Source of the DNA: Amphiscolops sp. MND2022
Lineage: Eukaryota
Assembly (NCBI GenBank): GCA_964187785.1
Contig: OZ076409.1
Coordinates: 58,654,001-58,718,000, forward strand
DNA length: 64,000 bases
Direction: 5' to 3'
The notes under the pieces are model-generated. The model was not told where the DNA came from. It saw nothing but the letters and a program-made list of their open reading frames with translations, and made no database searches. Below are positions 13,501 to 25,999 of this stretch, piece after piece. The position numbers were made by a program, and so were the translations under genes. Positions within the stretch are counted from its first letter, which is position 1. Each line of letters begins with the position of its first letter.

Positions 13501-16500
13501 GTCCGCTGGGTTCAGTTCTCCAGAGCAATGCCGCAATTGGCAAACGTGAGTGTTGTCTAAAATTTCAACGACATGGTTAGCGACAAAGATCTGCTGCCTT
13601 TTTTCGGAGCCATGAATCTATTGCTACACGGTGGTACTGTCCGTCCACAACACAGTGTCCGCAATAATTAGTATTTGTTGTATTAGTTTCTGATGAACTT
13701 CGACAGTCGAGATGCAATAAGAGCAGCTTGGAGTTCAATTTTGGTAATTGTATGTTGTTATAGCGGGGCAACGCGTGCTTTTCCTAAGATAAAGAAAGGT
13801 TTTGGAAATTGAGAAAGAGAAGAGTGATAAACAAAGTATGATACTGCGGCAATTGCGGAATAGGAAGCGTCAAAGAAGATGTGGAGTGTTATCTCAATAG
13901 CTTGACCCAGGAAAGCATGTCGTAGAATGACGATTGTTTTGGAGAATGATGGTATTTCTGAGATTAGATCGAGAAGTTCAGGAAGTATGTCTGAGGTTAA
14001 AATATCATCCCATTTGACACCTTTTCGCCAGAGCAACTGCTGAATAATTCGGAGACGAATTGTTATGGGTGCGGCGATACCCAGAGGATCAAAGATGGAA
14101 GAAATTAGAAGTAACAGATTTCTCTGTGTCAAATTGATGGTCGTCAATTCTTTGAGTTTGAGAGGATCGAATTGAAGTTGGTCACTAGACAAGTCCCATA
14201 ACACAACGTTGTTGCATCTTCGACTATAGGTCAACACGGGAAATTCTGCGGTGGGTCTCGGGAATTGAGTAAAGTACATCCTGGGACGTGGTTGTCGATT
14301 TAGTTGAATTGAAACCACCTTTCAGCAGAACACATCGAAGAGTCTGAATTAGAGAGATAGCTTCATCAACCGTGTCAGTGGAGACGAAGAGGTCATCCAT
14401 GTAGAAATTGCGCTTGGTGATGACAGCGGTGTCCGGGAAGTCATTTACATTGTCATCAGCATATTTTTGTAGAGCAAAGTTGGTACAGGTTGGGGAGCAA
14501 GCAGCTTCAAAGATGAACATCAGGTACTCAAAAAACTCCTCAGTGCCCCAAAGAAATCGCAGGAACTTTCAATCAGCAGGTCGTACAGAGACTTGCATGA
14601 ACATCGCTTCGATTTCTGCAGTTAGTGGATACTTCCGCTCGCGGAATCTGACAAGCACTCCTAACAAGTTAGCCAGAAGATCCGGACCCGGGTGAACCAT
14701 ATCACTCAAACACACTCCACGGTATTTGGATATAGTGTTGGACACGCAGCGCAGTTTACCTGGTTTATAAGGATGCATCACACCGTGTTCTGGAAGTAAC
14801 CACCAAGACGAAAAAATTTGTTCGGGACGTAGTTTCCGTATATAGTCCTTGGCTAAATCTTTGCTGATAGTGTCTGAAAAAAGCTGCTTCCCATCTGGTT
14901 GTGAGTTTAAACGTTTTTGCATTCTTTTGAATTGCAGAATGGCTGATTTGAATTTATTCGGCAGTTCCGCTTTTTGTTTCCAAAGCAATCCAACCTCGTA
15001 GCGCCCATCGACATAACGAATTGTTGCTTTCACTGTTTGAAGTGCATGTTTTTCGTCATGAGACATAGCGACCTTAAGTGAAGTTCCATAAGTGTCCATT
15101 CTCCAGAAACTTGCTATAAGATCATACAGGTCTTTATCTTGTCGGTCTGATTGATAAACTGGGGCTTGGAAGGATAAGATTTCGAAACTCGTGTCATTTG
15201 GACCTCCAATGGTCCAACCGATGTCCGTCAAAACTGCACGAGGGGCGTTATCAGGCCCTTTGAAGACAGCTTCAGCTGTAATGAGATCAGAATTGTCTTG
15301 ACCAAGTATGAGACCGATTTCGTTGTCGGAAAAATCAGGAAAACTGATTTCCTTCAAATGGCTATAGGATTGGCAAAAACTGTTGAGTTGAGTAGGGTCG
15401 GCATCGTGTAACTTAATTTTCGGAAGGACGAAGGCATTTTTAATTTGAAAACTTTCAGCATTCTGTCCGAAAGGGTGAAGGATGAAAGAAACTGGTTGTA
15501 CATTGAATGTTTTACAACCATGGAAGCCGCCTAGATGGAGTTGCACACTTGTAAAGGCGTTTTCTTTACAACATAAAAATTGGTGGTAAGATTTTCCGAA
15601 ATGTAGCTACAACTACTCCCAGAATCGAGGTATGCGTATGTTGAAACAAAATTATTCTGTTGCTGTAGAGTTACTGGAATTGTGAACAGGAGAGAGTTTC
15701 GAATTCGCACGGGTTGGTTCCCCTAATTGGGATTCAGATTTCTGCTTAGTTGATTTGACAGTTTGCTGCGGTTTTTGAGCGTTTCGAAGGTTCGAAGAGA
15801 GTTAGCTTGGTTTTCTTGACCTGTACTTGAGTAGCATCCTTGGATTGTGGTGTGATGTGTTTTGTTACAATCTTGGAGTTGCAGTCTTTTACCATATGAT
15901 GTCCCAGACTTTTCAGACATCGCTTGTGGTCCATTTTTAATTTCTTTCTGTCTTCCGTTGTGGACTGCTTGTATAGTGCTCAATGAGCCGGATGATGCTC
16001 CTGATTGTCGAAGGGTCAGGAAAACTTTTGCTTCCTTGTGTGTTGCTTTGTTCGAACATCATTTGATTTTGAATTGTTGGAAGAGTAATCAGAATGCAAA
16101 TCGTCAGGTTAATTCTCACAGGCAATGGCAAAATCGCGTAACAATGCATTGAAGTCCATCAAATTGGTTTGAGCTATGTTCTTACTAACTGAGTGTTCAT
16201 TCCATTGTTGGCAGCAAACTGTGCATTGATAGTCGGGTGCAGATCATGGGTAAACCCAAGTGACTGGAAAGTTTCCACCAAGTTGTTAACAAACGTGGAG
16301 AAAGTCATAAAACTATCTTTTTTCGTGCGTCGAAGGTTGTGGGAAAGACCGAAGTTCACGCAGAAAGTTGTTGATTATCACTTCTGGTCGACCGCAACGT
16401 CTTTGAAGCTCTACTAATGCCGCATTGTACATCGAACTGTTGCAATAGAAACCAGAGATTGCTTGCTGCGCTGTTCCAGTAGTTAATGTCTGCAAATGTG

Positions 16501-19456
16501 TCATTTTTTTGGCATTAGAAATGGCTTGATTGTGAATAAGGGTTTTGAAAAGACCGAACCAAGTGTTCCATTTGAGAAGATTTCCATCATATGGTTCAAT
16601 TTTGATTTTCGGGCGAGACAGATGCGAACTTGGTTGAGGAGGAGCAGAACTTCCAACGGCAACCGCATGAGTTTGTTCAATGTCTTGGCCTGTCTCATCA
16701 TTTGGGCCATCAGTCGTTATTGGTGCTGTTTGGGGTTTGTGTTTGTTCATTGGTTTCATTTTTCGAACGTCTGAACATGTCTTGGAACCGGTCACAGACA
16801 TCGTCGATGCTGTCTTCCAACGCTGTGAAGTCAGTAATTAAACTGTCTACTGTCACGTTTCCTGTTGGGTGGTTAACAAGAAACATCATCGAGATTTCAA
16901 TATCTTGTCGTCTTTTCTCCAAGTCATCAAATGTTTTGTCGATTTGAAAATGAGTATTAGAGTCATCGATTGCTTTTTCAGTTTTGGCTAAATGACGTTT
17001 CAATTTGGCAATGAGGAAGTCTCTTTGAGCTCTTGAAGATTTAGGAGGCATAGTGAAGTAATTTGAAGAAACTTTCTTGAACAATTAGCTGAAGTATGCT
17101 TGATAAAAGCTACTTAAACGTTGAGACTTAGGCTGCTCAGGTCAAATTTCAAAATCCCGAGGCGTTACTAGCTTGAGTATTCCTAAATTTGAATGTTTTG
17201 ACTTTCACTAGAAACTATGGCAAGTTAAAATAGTTTCAAAAGCATAAACATTGCAAATTGAGAGGCCCATATGGGGGCAGAAGGATGAATCCAAAGCGCG
17301 AAGATCTACATCAAACGTAGATTCTAGACTGATTGGCAGTGGGTAAGGCAAATCATAGTTGGTGCGCCATGAAAAAGAGTTGCGGGTTGGATATTGTAAT
17401 AAATATCCGTTTATCTTTGCGGTTACGCTCAATTGAAGTGACCCAGATTTATTGGAGGGTCAAATTTTGGAATGCTTAAAACCAGTTGTCTATCAATCTG
17501 GGAGTCTATTTCTTTGGAGGGAAAAGTTTTTTATATGAAATATTCCTTTAGTTAGAGTTCAGTGTTAAGGTAAAGGAAGCATCGATTGAATAAAAGTAAT
17601 TCAACAGAAGAGTTTGAGTTGATGATAATTTGCGTGGAAGAAAGTTTTTCAAAAGTCCAAGATGACGGAAATATTTAATTGCTTTTTCCGGAAGTGTGAA
17701 AAGTTTGTTCTGAAGTTCGGAATTGAATCTTGAGAATTGACTTGAAGCCACGTGAAATATTCTTTTTGAGATGATCACTAACAAAAGCATCGACGTACAG
17801 AACCTCGAAAACATATGACCTTTGGTGTTTTTTCTTGGGATTTTTTTCGGCACTATGCGATTTTTTTTTTAACTTTTTTGAATTCCACCAAAGGGTCTCT
17901 CCTTCGTTTGTTTCGATATTATGCAGCACAATGGATGTTAAAAAATCCCTAATGGTTCCGCTTTTACATTTTTCGGCACTGTGACACTGTTCAAAAGTCT
18001 CATTTTAAAAGTTTTTCACGGAAATTTTTTAAAATCTCTCAAGGGTCCTTTAATTTTTTCATATTTTGCCACCAAGTGGATTTTCACAAAGCCCAAAGGG
18101 TCCCCCTTTTACAATTTTGAGCCTTAGATATAGCACCGAATTTGACCGTTCCTGGCTTTGTTTTGAAAAATTGAAGCATAACTAGAAAAACTTGATTCGA
18201 CCCGAGTTACTTCGTCAGACAAAAAACGGACTTTTGTTGATGATGAAAACTTATCGGGAGAACGAATACTGAATGCAAGAATGTATCAACGTCTAAATGA
18301 GCTTTGAAGGGCAATGAAAAATTGGTTTTGAAGCATTCTCACCTGGGCTCTTCTCATCTCCCACTAGAGTTAGATTGAAGTAAGGGTCTCTCTCACCTTT
18401 TGACCACTGCTGGCCAATCAGAGTTTCTCAGAAGTCAATTGCAGTCGGTTGCAACCAGTTACACGTTCGTTTGAAAATTTCGAGTGACAATTCGGTACAG
18501 GCAAATAGGTACTTCATAATGTTTCATGGTAAGACTACAGCATATTAGTTTAGATTTTTCGAACAAATAGTTACTCACTTTCAGCAAGATCCTTCTTCCC
18601 TTCAATATATACTTTTTATACTGACTGATTTGGAGTTTGAAGTGCTCCAATTTAGTCCACTGAATACCTTGATTTGATGAGTTCTCAATGATTGTTCGAA
18701 TTTTCGCAACAGTCATGATATTTATTCTTTATACTTAGACTAAACCTAATTTACTCCTTGCAAAGAATCCTACAAGGAAATGTAAAGCTTGTAAGATCTT
18801 CTAAGGAAACCATTGCTATTAGGATCTTGCAGAAAACATTTTTTGAGCAAGGATATTGCCCGATTTTTTCGTGAAATCCAAGGAAAATGCCAGGAAAATC
18901 TTTCAAGAAAGTTGCGTTGTTGTCGTTCTAGTAGCTGTCTGGCATCATTTGTTGATTGTAAAATTATTCCTATCCCATGTTTCCAAAACGTTTCTGGTTC
19001 ATGCATTTTAGCAATACCGTACGTGGTGCAATTGCGCCTTTTCGATGATGTTTCTCACATCTATGAGCTCAACAAAAAATGAATTTATTAAACTTTATTG
19101 GTTTTATATTTTTTAAGCTTTCTCAAAATTGCTTCCTACGTTCGACTGAATAATGTTAATTTTTATTTGTTCGTATTGCCAATTATTTTTATGGCTTAAG
19201 TTTTGCTCGGTTACAAATCCATTTTTGAGAATCCCTGATGTGGAAATCGTTTTGATAACCCAGCAGTAACAAAATCGTCCGCTTCTGCCATGTGTCTTTC
19301 AGATAATTGGTCAGAGTTACTGTAGACAAACAACTCAGGTATCGAAATTATGACGCATAACAACATTAGCGCTGCTAAAAGTAAGGAGGCTCGCAATTTT
19401 CTCAGCATCAAATTTCGAAGAACCATCGCAATAATATGAGTAAGTGTTTGGAACAT
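1532..19456 (-). CDS. Polypeptide N-acetylgalactosaminyltransferase (GT27)-like spliced gene; 3' end and lectin exons unresolved, possibly degenerate
   Basis: Phase-compatible exons 6329-6069 (GHNGDSV...LPSASVIIIMRNEETSVVLRTITSV), 5930-5760 (LLKEIILVDD...KSRIVGADRATG), 3960-3729 (DVLVFLDAH...GWLEP), 3236-3044 (WGGENLEISFKIWMCGG...PCSH), and an exon starting at 1588 (AHLYK). A type II membrane anchor is encoded at 19211-19456. A probable stem exon near 18346-18411 ends ...DEKSP|G and joins the GHNG exon. 5' exon boundaries are uncertain. Confidence 0.8.
2199..2850. repeat. Fragments of a GC-motif DNA-transposon-like repeat (ccggtatccggccgga motifs)
   Basis: tagaggtgtatcggaca (2199) and tagaggtgcaccggaca (2761). 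tccggtatccggccgga occurs twice at 2226-2278 and an inverted gccggataccggccgga occurs at 2822-2838. Confidence 0.45.
4335..4708 (-). mobile_element. tRNA-derived SINE with a CORE-like central motif
   Basis: Minus strand begins ggggagcaTGGCGTAGTGG (A box) ... GGTTCGAATC (B box). Downstream tgtgaccttgagcaagtcactt (4492-4513) resembles the CORE-SINE/MIR core motif. The 3' boundary is approximate. Confidence 0.7.
4828..5455. repeat. 628 bp palindrome (foldback) with no spacer
   Basis: Arms are reverse complements centred on ctg|cag (5141/5142). The ORF track gives identical proteins on opposite strands (4836-5306 minus and 4977-5447 plus). Symmetry breaks at 4827/5456. Confidence 0.97.
7335..7698 (+). 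mobile_element. Non-autonomous Helentron/DINE-1-like (HINE-like) element
   Basis: Subterminal inverted repeat agtcggcgc (7341) / gcgccgact (7669), a 3' mini stem-loop gccgttcccggc (7681-7692) and T-rich ends. The internal ttcggcattgtgagact motif is shared with copies at about 5060, 17845, 21196, 54781 and 63183. Confidence 0.55.
10545..10622 (-). mobile_element. tRNA-like SINE head or tRNA pseudogene
   Basis: Minus strand gtcacggTGGCACGGTTGGtaggggg...GGGCTCGAACCCggactggagcc has A- and B-box-like motifs, but the acceptor stem does not pair. Confidence 0.5.
11237..11670 (-). repeat. 3' LTR of BEL/Pao element 1 (434 bp)
   Basis: Direct repeat of 17370-17783 with substitutions and an indel of about 20 bp. 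Confidence 0.93.
17370..17783 (-). repeat. 5' LTR of BEL/Pao element 1 (414 bp)
   Basis: Followed on the minus strand directly by PBS tggcgcaccaac. Confidence 0.93.
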
Positions 19457-21784
19457 TTTGGCAATATAAGATAACCATTAAAACACAACAATCTTTCCAA
19501 ACATGCTTTTAAAAAAGTCAAAAGTTTGCTCTGAATCAATTGATGTTGTGATATAATTCTTCTTTTAGTCTTCAGCAAAAGGTTTTAAACTTTCTTGACA
19601 ACTCCAGAAAAATGAATGGCTTTGCTCTGTAGGAATGACTGACTATCAATACAAATTAGTTTGATCGGTTCACTGTTCTGAAAATCAATTCCTGTTGGAA
19701 AACTTTTTCGAATTCGGTGTTTTTCTGATATAACTCAAAAACTGCTTAGCGTCACTTGTTTTGTTTGAAAAAAATCTTTCACAGCTTGTAATTCCGCGTG
19801 GCAGCTCTTTGTGCTTGAGAAACTGAGTCTACACTGAGCAAAATGTAGATTTTTACTAAAATTATAACAAATGAACAATCTTTGACCGTAGCTCTTTTAG
19901 ATTTCAATGAAGTGAAAATAAATGTCATCTCGTTTTAAGTTCCACCAACAGTGGAAACATGAATGAATCGAGATAATAGAAATCACTCGCCTTAGTATTA
20001 GATAGATTCTTTCTCTCGTATAGTCAATTTTTCAAGTTTGGTATTCTAGAGATAAATTCTTTTAAAGTGAAAGCACTTTGAAACCATTTGTCATGGCTCA
20101 CGCGCAACCATTTAAAGTCACTAGCGCTTTTTTAGTCCCGCCCATCCGATGATTTTGGAGAACGTAGTAATATAGTAAAACGTTTCAGTTCTACAAAAAA
20201 TGTATAAGGAAATGTATATTTTATTCATCTGTTATTGGGACACGTTTTAATAACCAAAATAATCTTCTTAAAAACGATATGCTTGTTTTTGTTTCAATTT
20301 TAGTCATCAGTTGGTCACCGATAATGTCAATTTCCAGATAAAAGTGAACCTGCCATCATCTGTTCAGAAGGATTCCAGAATCTATTTTGAGTGGCAATGG
20401 CCAAAACATCTGCACTTGAGATCAGAATTGTTCCCGAATACAGGTTTTTAGAACGATCTTCATCTCATCCGTCCATTCTGCATGAGCAGCAAAATGCTTC
20501 ATCGCGAGCTGGTATTTTAGAGACATCCTTAGAGACATGCGCAAGTGAAGATATTTTCAAAGAGAAACGTCAATGCCCTACAAGCATTCTTATTTCGGGA
20601 CCCGAATTGTGTCGTTTTTGTGCTGATTTTAGTCGGCGTATTTTACCATAATGAGCACGATTGTCACAGTGGCACGTTTTTCCGTGAGATAACAATATCT
20701 GCGTAGTGGACACTTTTTCAATCCAATTGAGGTATCTCATGACAAATGAGGAACAACGAACTATAACTGAGCTACCAAAGTATAGGAACCAGTGGCAAGA
20801 CCAGTGGAAAGATATACTGGTGATAAAAGATTGACATAAGTTCTGGAACGATTTTAAGATCCATCCAAAAAATCTAGAAGGGTCTTACTCTATCACAAAC
20901 GTTTTTCGGTCTTATTCCACCAAAATACAGTGATTGGGTCTTATTCCATAAAGATAAAGTGTTTTTAGTTGTCGCATTTCAACTAAATGGGCGCAATTAA
21001 TACAGTGGCTAATTTTTTTTCTTTTTTTCGTCAGATAATAATGTGTGCGTAGTGGACACTTTTTACAGAACTACTAAACTACTGGACCAGCCAGCGGAAA
21101 CGCATCTAAGCTAGTGCAAAGGGCCCCTTTCCATTTAATCCATTTTAAACGTATCATACAAAACGAGACGAGACTAAAGGGTCTTTCAATTTTCTTCGGC
21201 ATTGTGAGACGTTTTTCGAAAATAATTTAGTATGTCCAAAGGGTCCTCCTTTGCGTTATTTTTTGATAATTTGCAACAAATTGGATGTTGAAAAGCCAAC
21301 AGGGTCTCTCCTTTTAAATTTTTTGGCAATGTGAGACTTTTCAATATTATCCTTTTTTGTCTTGAAATTAAGTTTTCGCAGTGGCCCAGCACACTATATC
21401 CGAAACTTCAACGCTGTATACCTAGTAGGTTTTGTATCATTAAAGGGGTGGTTGAGGCGAGGTTCGAAAATAAAAGGCTATATCCGAAGTTATATCCGAA
21501 GTGTACTGCGTTTCACTAAGGAGGAAGCGGAGGTTCGAAAAAATGCAAAGCAAAAATCCCACAGATTCGAAGAAAAAATCGAAGTAAAAATCGAAAGCCG
21601 AGTTTTTAGTTTCCGTAAGAAAGGTCACCATTTGTTGAAGTTAGTTGATGACACACGTCTAGTGACAGATATTTAAATTTTCATCAAAGTAACTCAAGCA
21701 TCAGCACTTTCTTTTACCCAACAGTTCAACAGTTCGGCAATTTACCGCTCGACCATCTCGCCTTTCAAATTTTTGGGACACACC

Positions 21785-21978
21785 CGGGTTGGAAATCAAT
21801 CGCAGTCCGCCGGTGGTGATCGATGATCCATCGGAGTCCCACCGGTGGACCATCCAGAGCTTATGAGGTCGCCACCGGTGGACACCGAAAAATTCACCGG
21901 CGGTCACCGGTGGAAATTGATAAATACCCCACTAGCCACAGATGGCTCCACCGGTAATAAATCAGTATCAATCCCAGG
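21785..21978. repeat. Small GC-rich repeat built from caccggtg palindromic motifs, probably a MITE
   Basis: Motif (cc)accggt(gg) and variants recur about six times within 200 bp in otherwise AT-rich DNA. Confidence 0.45.
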
Positions 21979-23423
21979 TTGGTATCCTTCCAGTGAGATT
22001 TTGGAACTTATTCTATCAAAATACAGTGATTTCAGATCTTTTGCGGTCAGGAAAATGAACATTGGGCTGTTAAAAAGTCGTTGTGTTGTTTCTTTTAGGT
22101 GTTTGATTACAGACATAAGAAGTCTAAGATTTTAACAGCAGAGTCGTCTTATTTCAAGTCCGTTCAGCTAGCTAGTTCTAGGTCTAATCTTCCTGAGATC
22201 TCAGTTAGCTTCTCTGTCGAGAGTAAGCCCGTTTGGTGGATTAGAATCTAATTTTCTCCGGGTAGATATATTCTATCAACTAGGGTAGATTTCATTCATT
22301 TACATTAATAAGAAAGTGACAGTAACAGGATGAATCTGAGAAGCTTGTTACAGGATATATTAAGTGAAGTGTCTTCTAAGATAATTAGCTTTCAAATGGA
22401 ATTACATCTATTAATTACTTGGGCTGAGAGTTCAGATATCTCTGAATTATAGAATCTTTGAGGACATGTATCATGGCATCACAATCAACCGGGAATTTGA
22501 AAAAAAATAAAATTACATATATGCACTTTGGGTTTGAGGAGTTGTAAAGTTTGTGTTTCAAATGTTAAAATTTTTGTTTCAGATGTTATATGCATGGGTT
22601 TGTTTTATATGTGATATGCATGAGTTTCGTTCTGAAATGTACCATACTTGAGGAGTGAGAACAACCTTAGATGATTTGACTTCTTACGTCATAGACGATT
22701 CAATTGGTGCAAAAAGTTTCAGTTTCTTTCAGTTTCGTTGACTGACAGTTTTGTTCAAGTTTTTATTGACAACAATTTTTTAATTCATGTTCTTTTTCGT
22801 GTCAGCGTATCAGCCATCTGCTTGTTTGAAAGAAAATTTTTTTTCATCAACATGAGTTAGTCAGCATTAAAAACTTTTCAAGTTGAAGAATTAAAGTGTG
22901 TTGTCAATGAGTTGTGAACCAACAGTGGCGGGTTTTTGAACCAAAAGTGAAGAAGTGTTGAAAAGTCAAGGTTCAAGTGAGAGTTCATTTTCAACAAAAG
23001 TGACGAGAAAAACAGAAGCAAGAAGTTCAGAAAGCAAAAAACACTTGCAAGTTTCAAACATCGAGAAGTTTCAAAAATGAGAAGTTAAAGTTTTGAAAGG
23101 TTCAAAAGAAAAATTTTGAGAAATTTTGGAAAAGCTTTTGGGGAAGTAAAATAAAGAAATATGAAGCATGTTATGTAAACAAAAATTTTTGTCAAAAATC
23201 TTCGAAAGTTTTTGTACTTTACGTAGGACTTGTGTTCTGTAAAAGATGTGGATTCTAGATGTATTGAATAGTTCAATAGAGATATAATTTGCGGTTACAA
23301 AGTATTTACGGACTCAAATTTTGTGGGGGGTTTAGCGACAAAGGTGGGCAATTATAAATGATTATGAAAAGTATGATTATGCAATAATAAGATTAAATAA
23401 GAGTATACAATATTAAGATTACA

Positions 23424-24259
23424 TTATGGATTAACAATAAATAAGATTATACAGTAGTTTAGAGTTTCAATAAAGTTTGAAATTGGCGGCAAGTAGAGAA
23501 AGGAGTCAACGTTGTAGTGGTGGCCGTGAAGAAAGACCAGTGAAGAGTTGAGTGTAGTGGCGGCCGTGAAGAAAGACCAGTGAAGATGACAGAGGAAGAA
23601 GCAGGTTGACAAAGTTGAAGAACCCATAGTGACGTTGAATTATGTTGACCATCTGGAAGGTGTGCACGAAGCAGTGAGAAGTGTCAGCGATGTAGGAGAA
23701 GTTCTTTGGAGGAGTGATCAACAACTACATCTCGAGGCATCATCGATGAAGGATGAAGAAGTGAAGAGGAGATGTACTTAAAGAGTGCGAGAATGTAAGT
23801 ATATTGTTTATGACAATAAAGGATGTTGTTGCGGTGGATGAGCTTGATGTTGGAGCGGGTCATATATTTCCAATTTTTGTGTATATCCAAAATCTTGGAC
23901 CATATTGTTGAAAGCGTCGGTTGCTTCTTGAAGAGCTGCGCGAAAATAGTGGTCTTTTGTAGTGGAGGATGAATTAAGAACGAAAACGACATTTGACGCC
24001 GTTTCGCAGATAGCAATTTTTGGGCCATCAGGATGATTGCGTGAATATTGGTCGAATGTTATCTTTTTTTCTTGATTTGAGTAACGTTATAGAGAACTTT
24101 CAAGAAGGCAATAAGGGATTTTGGAGTCACCTTATTTTTAATAATTTCGAGAGAAAGTTTATATGCCATGGTGTGAAATATGGCGGCTTTGAGGCTGTGA
24201 ACTTTTGAAAGATTTGAAGTCATAGTAATGATATCTTCTGTTTCAGCGTTGGGAGCCAT
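23424..24259 (-). pseudogene. Accessory ORF 2 of the Gypsy-like element (unknown, basic protein, frameshifted)
   Basis: ATG ORF 24259-24059 (MAPNAETEDII...) appears to continue by frameshifts into 24028-23684 (LIHPPLQKTTIFAQLF...) and beyond. Same strand and composition as the element. Confidence 0.5.
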
Positions 24260-24672
24260 TGTGATGAAATTCTGAAGAGCGTGAGGAAAGAGAAGTGGAG
24301 ATGTTTTGAAAGAACGCTGAAGGAGGAAGAAGAAGAATAGATGTTTCTAAAACAAAAGAAGTTTAAGAAAATTGACAATGACAAGCCAAAGGTGTTCAAA
24401 AAAATGGTGCTAAAATGTATCATATTTTGGTGCTATTATATATTGTTTTTAAGGTGTCTTGTAGCGTAATTTTTATGTGTAACATAGGCAAAGAATTGTA
24501 AATGTGTTCATGTACTTTAGGGCAAGGAGAGTATGTACTGTAAAAGTAAAAAAACTCCTGAGAATTCATTCAGAAAAGGAAAAGAAAGTGTTACCTTTAG
24601 GTAGTTTAAATATGTACCATAGAGTGTACCAGAGGAGAAAAACTAAGAAATTTGTATTACCTGTAGAAGAGT

Positions 24673-25999
24673 TCAATGAAGATTAGTTGAATTAAAAAGA
24701 GTAGTTATGGATTCCAAAGCAGGTTGAATTGCTTGGGATGATTGGGTGATGCGTTGAGAGTCTAGATCAAGTGTTTGTAAGTGTTTGTGTGTTCTGTCAT
24801 AGCAGTGTAGTATATGTGTGAATGTGGTGATGGGTGTTTCAGAAGGAGTTCGTTTATATGGGTCTAAGAGATTTGTTATATCGCGAAGTGTTCGATTGTT
24901 CAAGACAGAAGAAAGTTTGTCAGGAGTGTTTTTCATTGGTGAGGAAGGCAATTTGTGTTCTGATTTATGTTCAGCTTGTACCATAAACGAAATGGTTTTG
25001 GCTGCAATAAACAGAAGTTCGTTATAGGAGTATGTCTGTTTCTATAGAGCTGTATAATATGTTTTATCTTTGTCAACAAGCAGAGAAGAGACAAGATGTT
25101 TAATAACGGTGAGAGGTTTTACTATTTGAGTAGGAACGTTGCAAGGCAACAAAAAATCATCGAATTGTATAAGGTATTCTTGAGGTACAATAAGTGGGCG
25201 TGAAGTGCTATTCTTATGGAAGCAAACAGTAGTACTGTTTTATAGGATCGTAGTTTCGAAGATATCCTGTTATACAAGAGTGATCAAGAGTGTACATATT
25301 TGTCATTGTGAAGCGTGATGTATATTTGTAATTGACGAAAATGTAATTTTTTGGTTTTGTGTGCAGTACAACTTTAGTGTATGTTTGATGATGAGTAGCT
25401 TTTTGAGATACAGAGAGAAAGGACGGATCAGTTTCGTCTGTTTTTAAGTCGTCTATAGATGGGCGAAGAAAGTTAATATGCAGAGAAAAGATTTTGACTC
25501 CATTGTCAAGCCAGTATTGGTATGGACCCAAGATTTTTGAAGCGATTGATGTGAAAAAGTCTTCATTTTTGTCATATAAGCGGAATGAATAGTCTGTAGG
25601 ATGCATGTAGAGAGAAGTTAGTTGTGCTTTGAAGATGAAATCATCATGAGAAACAAGTGAGATCAAATGATCATCACGATTTGTAGAAAGAGAAGTTTTG
25701 GGAGATATGAAAGGAGGATAGATTGGTGAAGAAAGAAAGACAGGATTTTTCATGATTTAATATCGTTTTTTCGGAGGAGGTGGTGTTGCGTGTGTATGAT
25801 CAATATCATTGAGTGGAGTAGAAACTTTCGATGTATCATGTTCAATTTTTTCTTGTTCCATTTGTTCTAGAGAAGTGGTAGGTATTGGTTCAGAAGTGTC
25901 AATATATAAAACAGGAGAATCATTTAGGAAAGGTCTTGTTGTGAGATCTGCTGTAGCTTGTTCAAGATAATTTTGTAGATCTACTTGTGCTTGTGTCAT
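24673..25999 (-). pseudogene. Accessory ORF 1 of the Gypsy-like element (unknown, roughly 440 codons when repaired)
   Basis: ATG at 25999 (MTQAQVDL...PPPPKKRY) is in frame with 25753-25214 across one stop. A shifted frame continues (HKNSTSRPLIVPQEYLIQFDDFLLPCNV...) towards 24984-24673. Confidence 0.6.

Larger units (their letters stand above)
11237..17783 (-). mobile_element. Full-length decayed BEL/Pao LTR retrotransposon
   Basis: LTRs 11237-11670 and 17370-17783 (TG...CA), 5 bp TSD AAAGC (11232-11236, 17784-17788), PBS TGGCGCACCAA adjoining the 5' LTR. Fragmented gag (KIEPYDGNLLKW), protease (YLDSGS near 15620), RT (KPGKLR, FYMDDLF), RNase H (HIFFDAS, GKARVAPL) and integrase (RAVHLE, SDRGTNF, GVWERLI). 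Many stops and frameshifts. Confidence 0.95.
11021..18162 (+). mobile_element. Second HINE-like element, split by the BEL/Pao insertion (parts 11021-11236 and 17784-18162)
   Basis: Left end ctagtcggcg...cgactcttacagtggc (11023-11066) and right end gagccttagatatagcaccga...ccgttcctggctttgttt (18119-18162) match the ends of the 7335-7698 copy. A 33 bp repeat unit (cagaacctcgtccaaaacaaaaacatcgacgtc) continues across the insertion. Confidence 0.55.

Noticed and set aside
22100..22483. Candidate 3' LTR of the env-bearing element (TG...CA bounded)
   Set aside because: No second copy in the window and no clear polypurine tract, so it cannot be supported.
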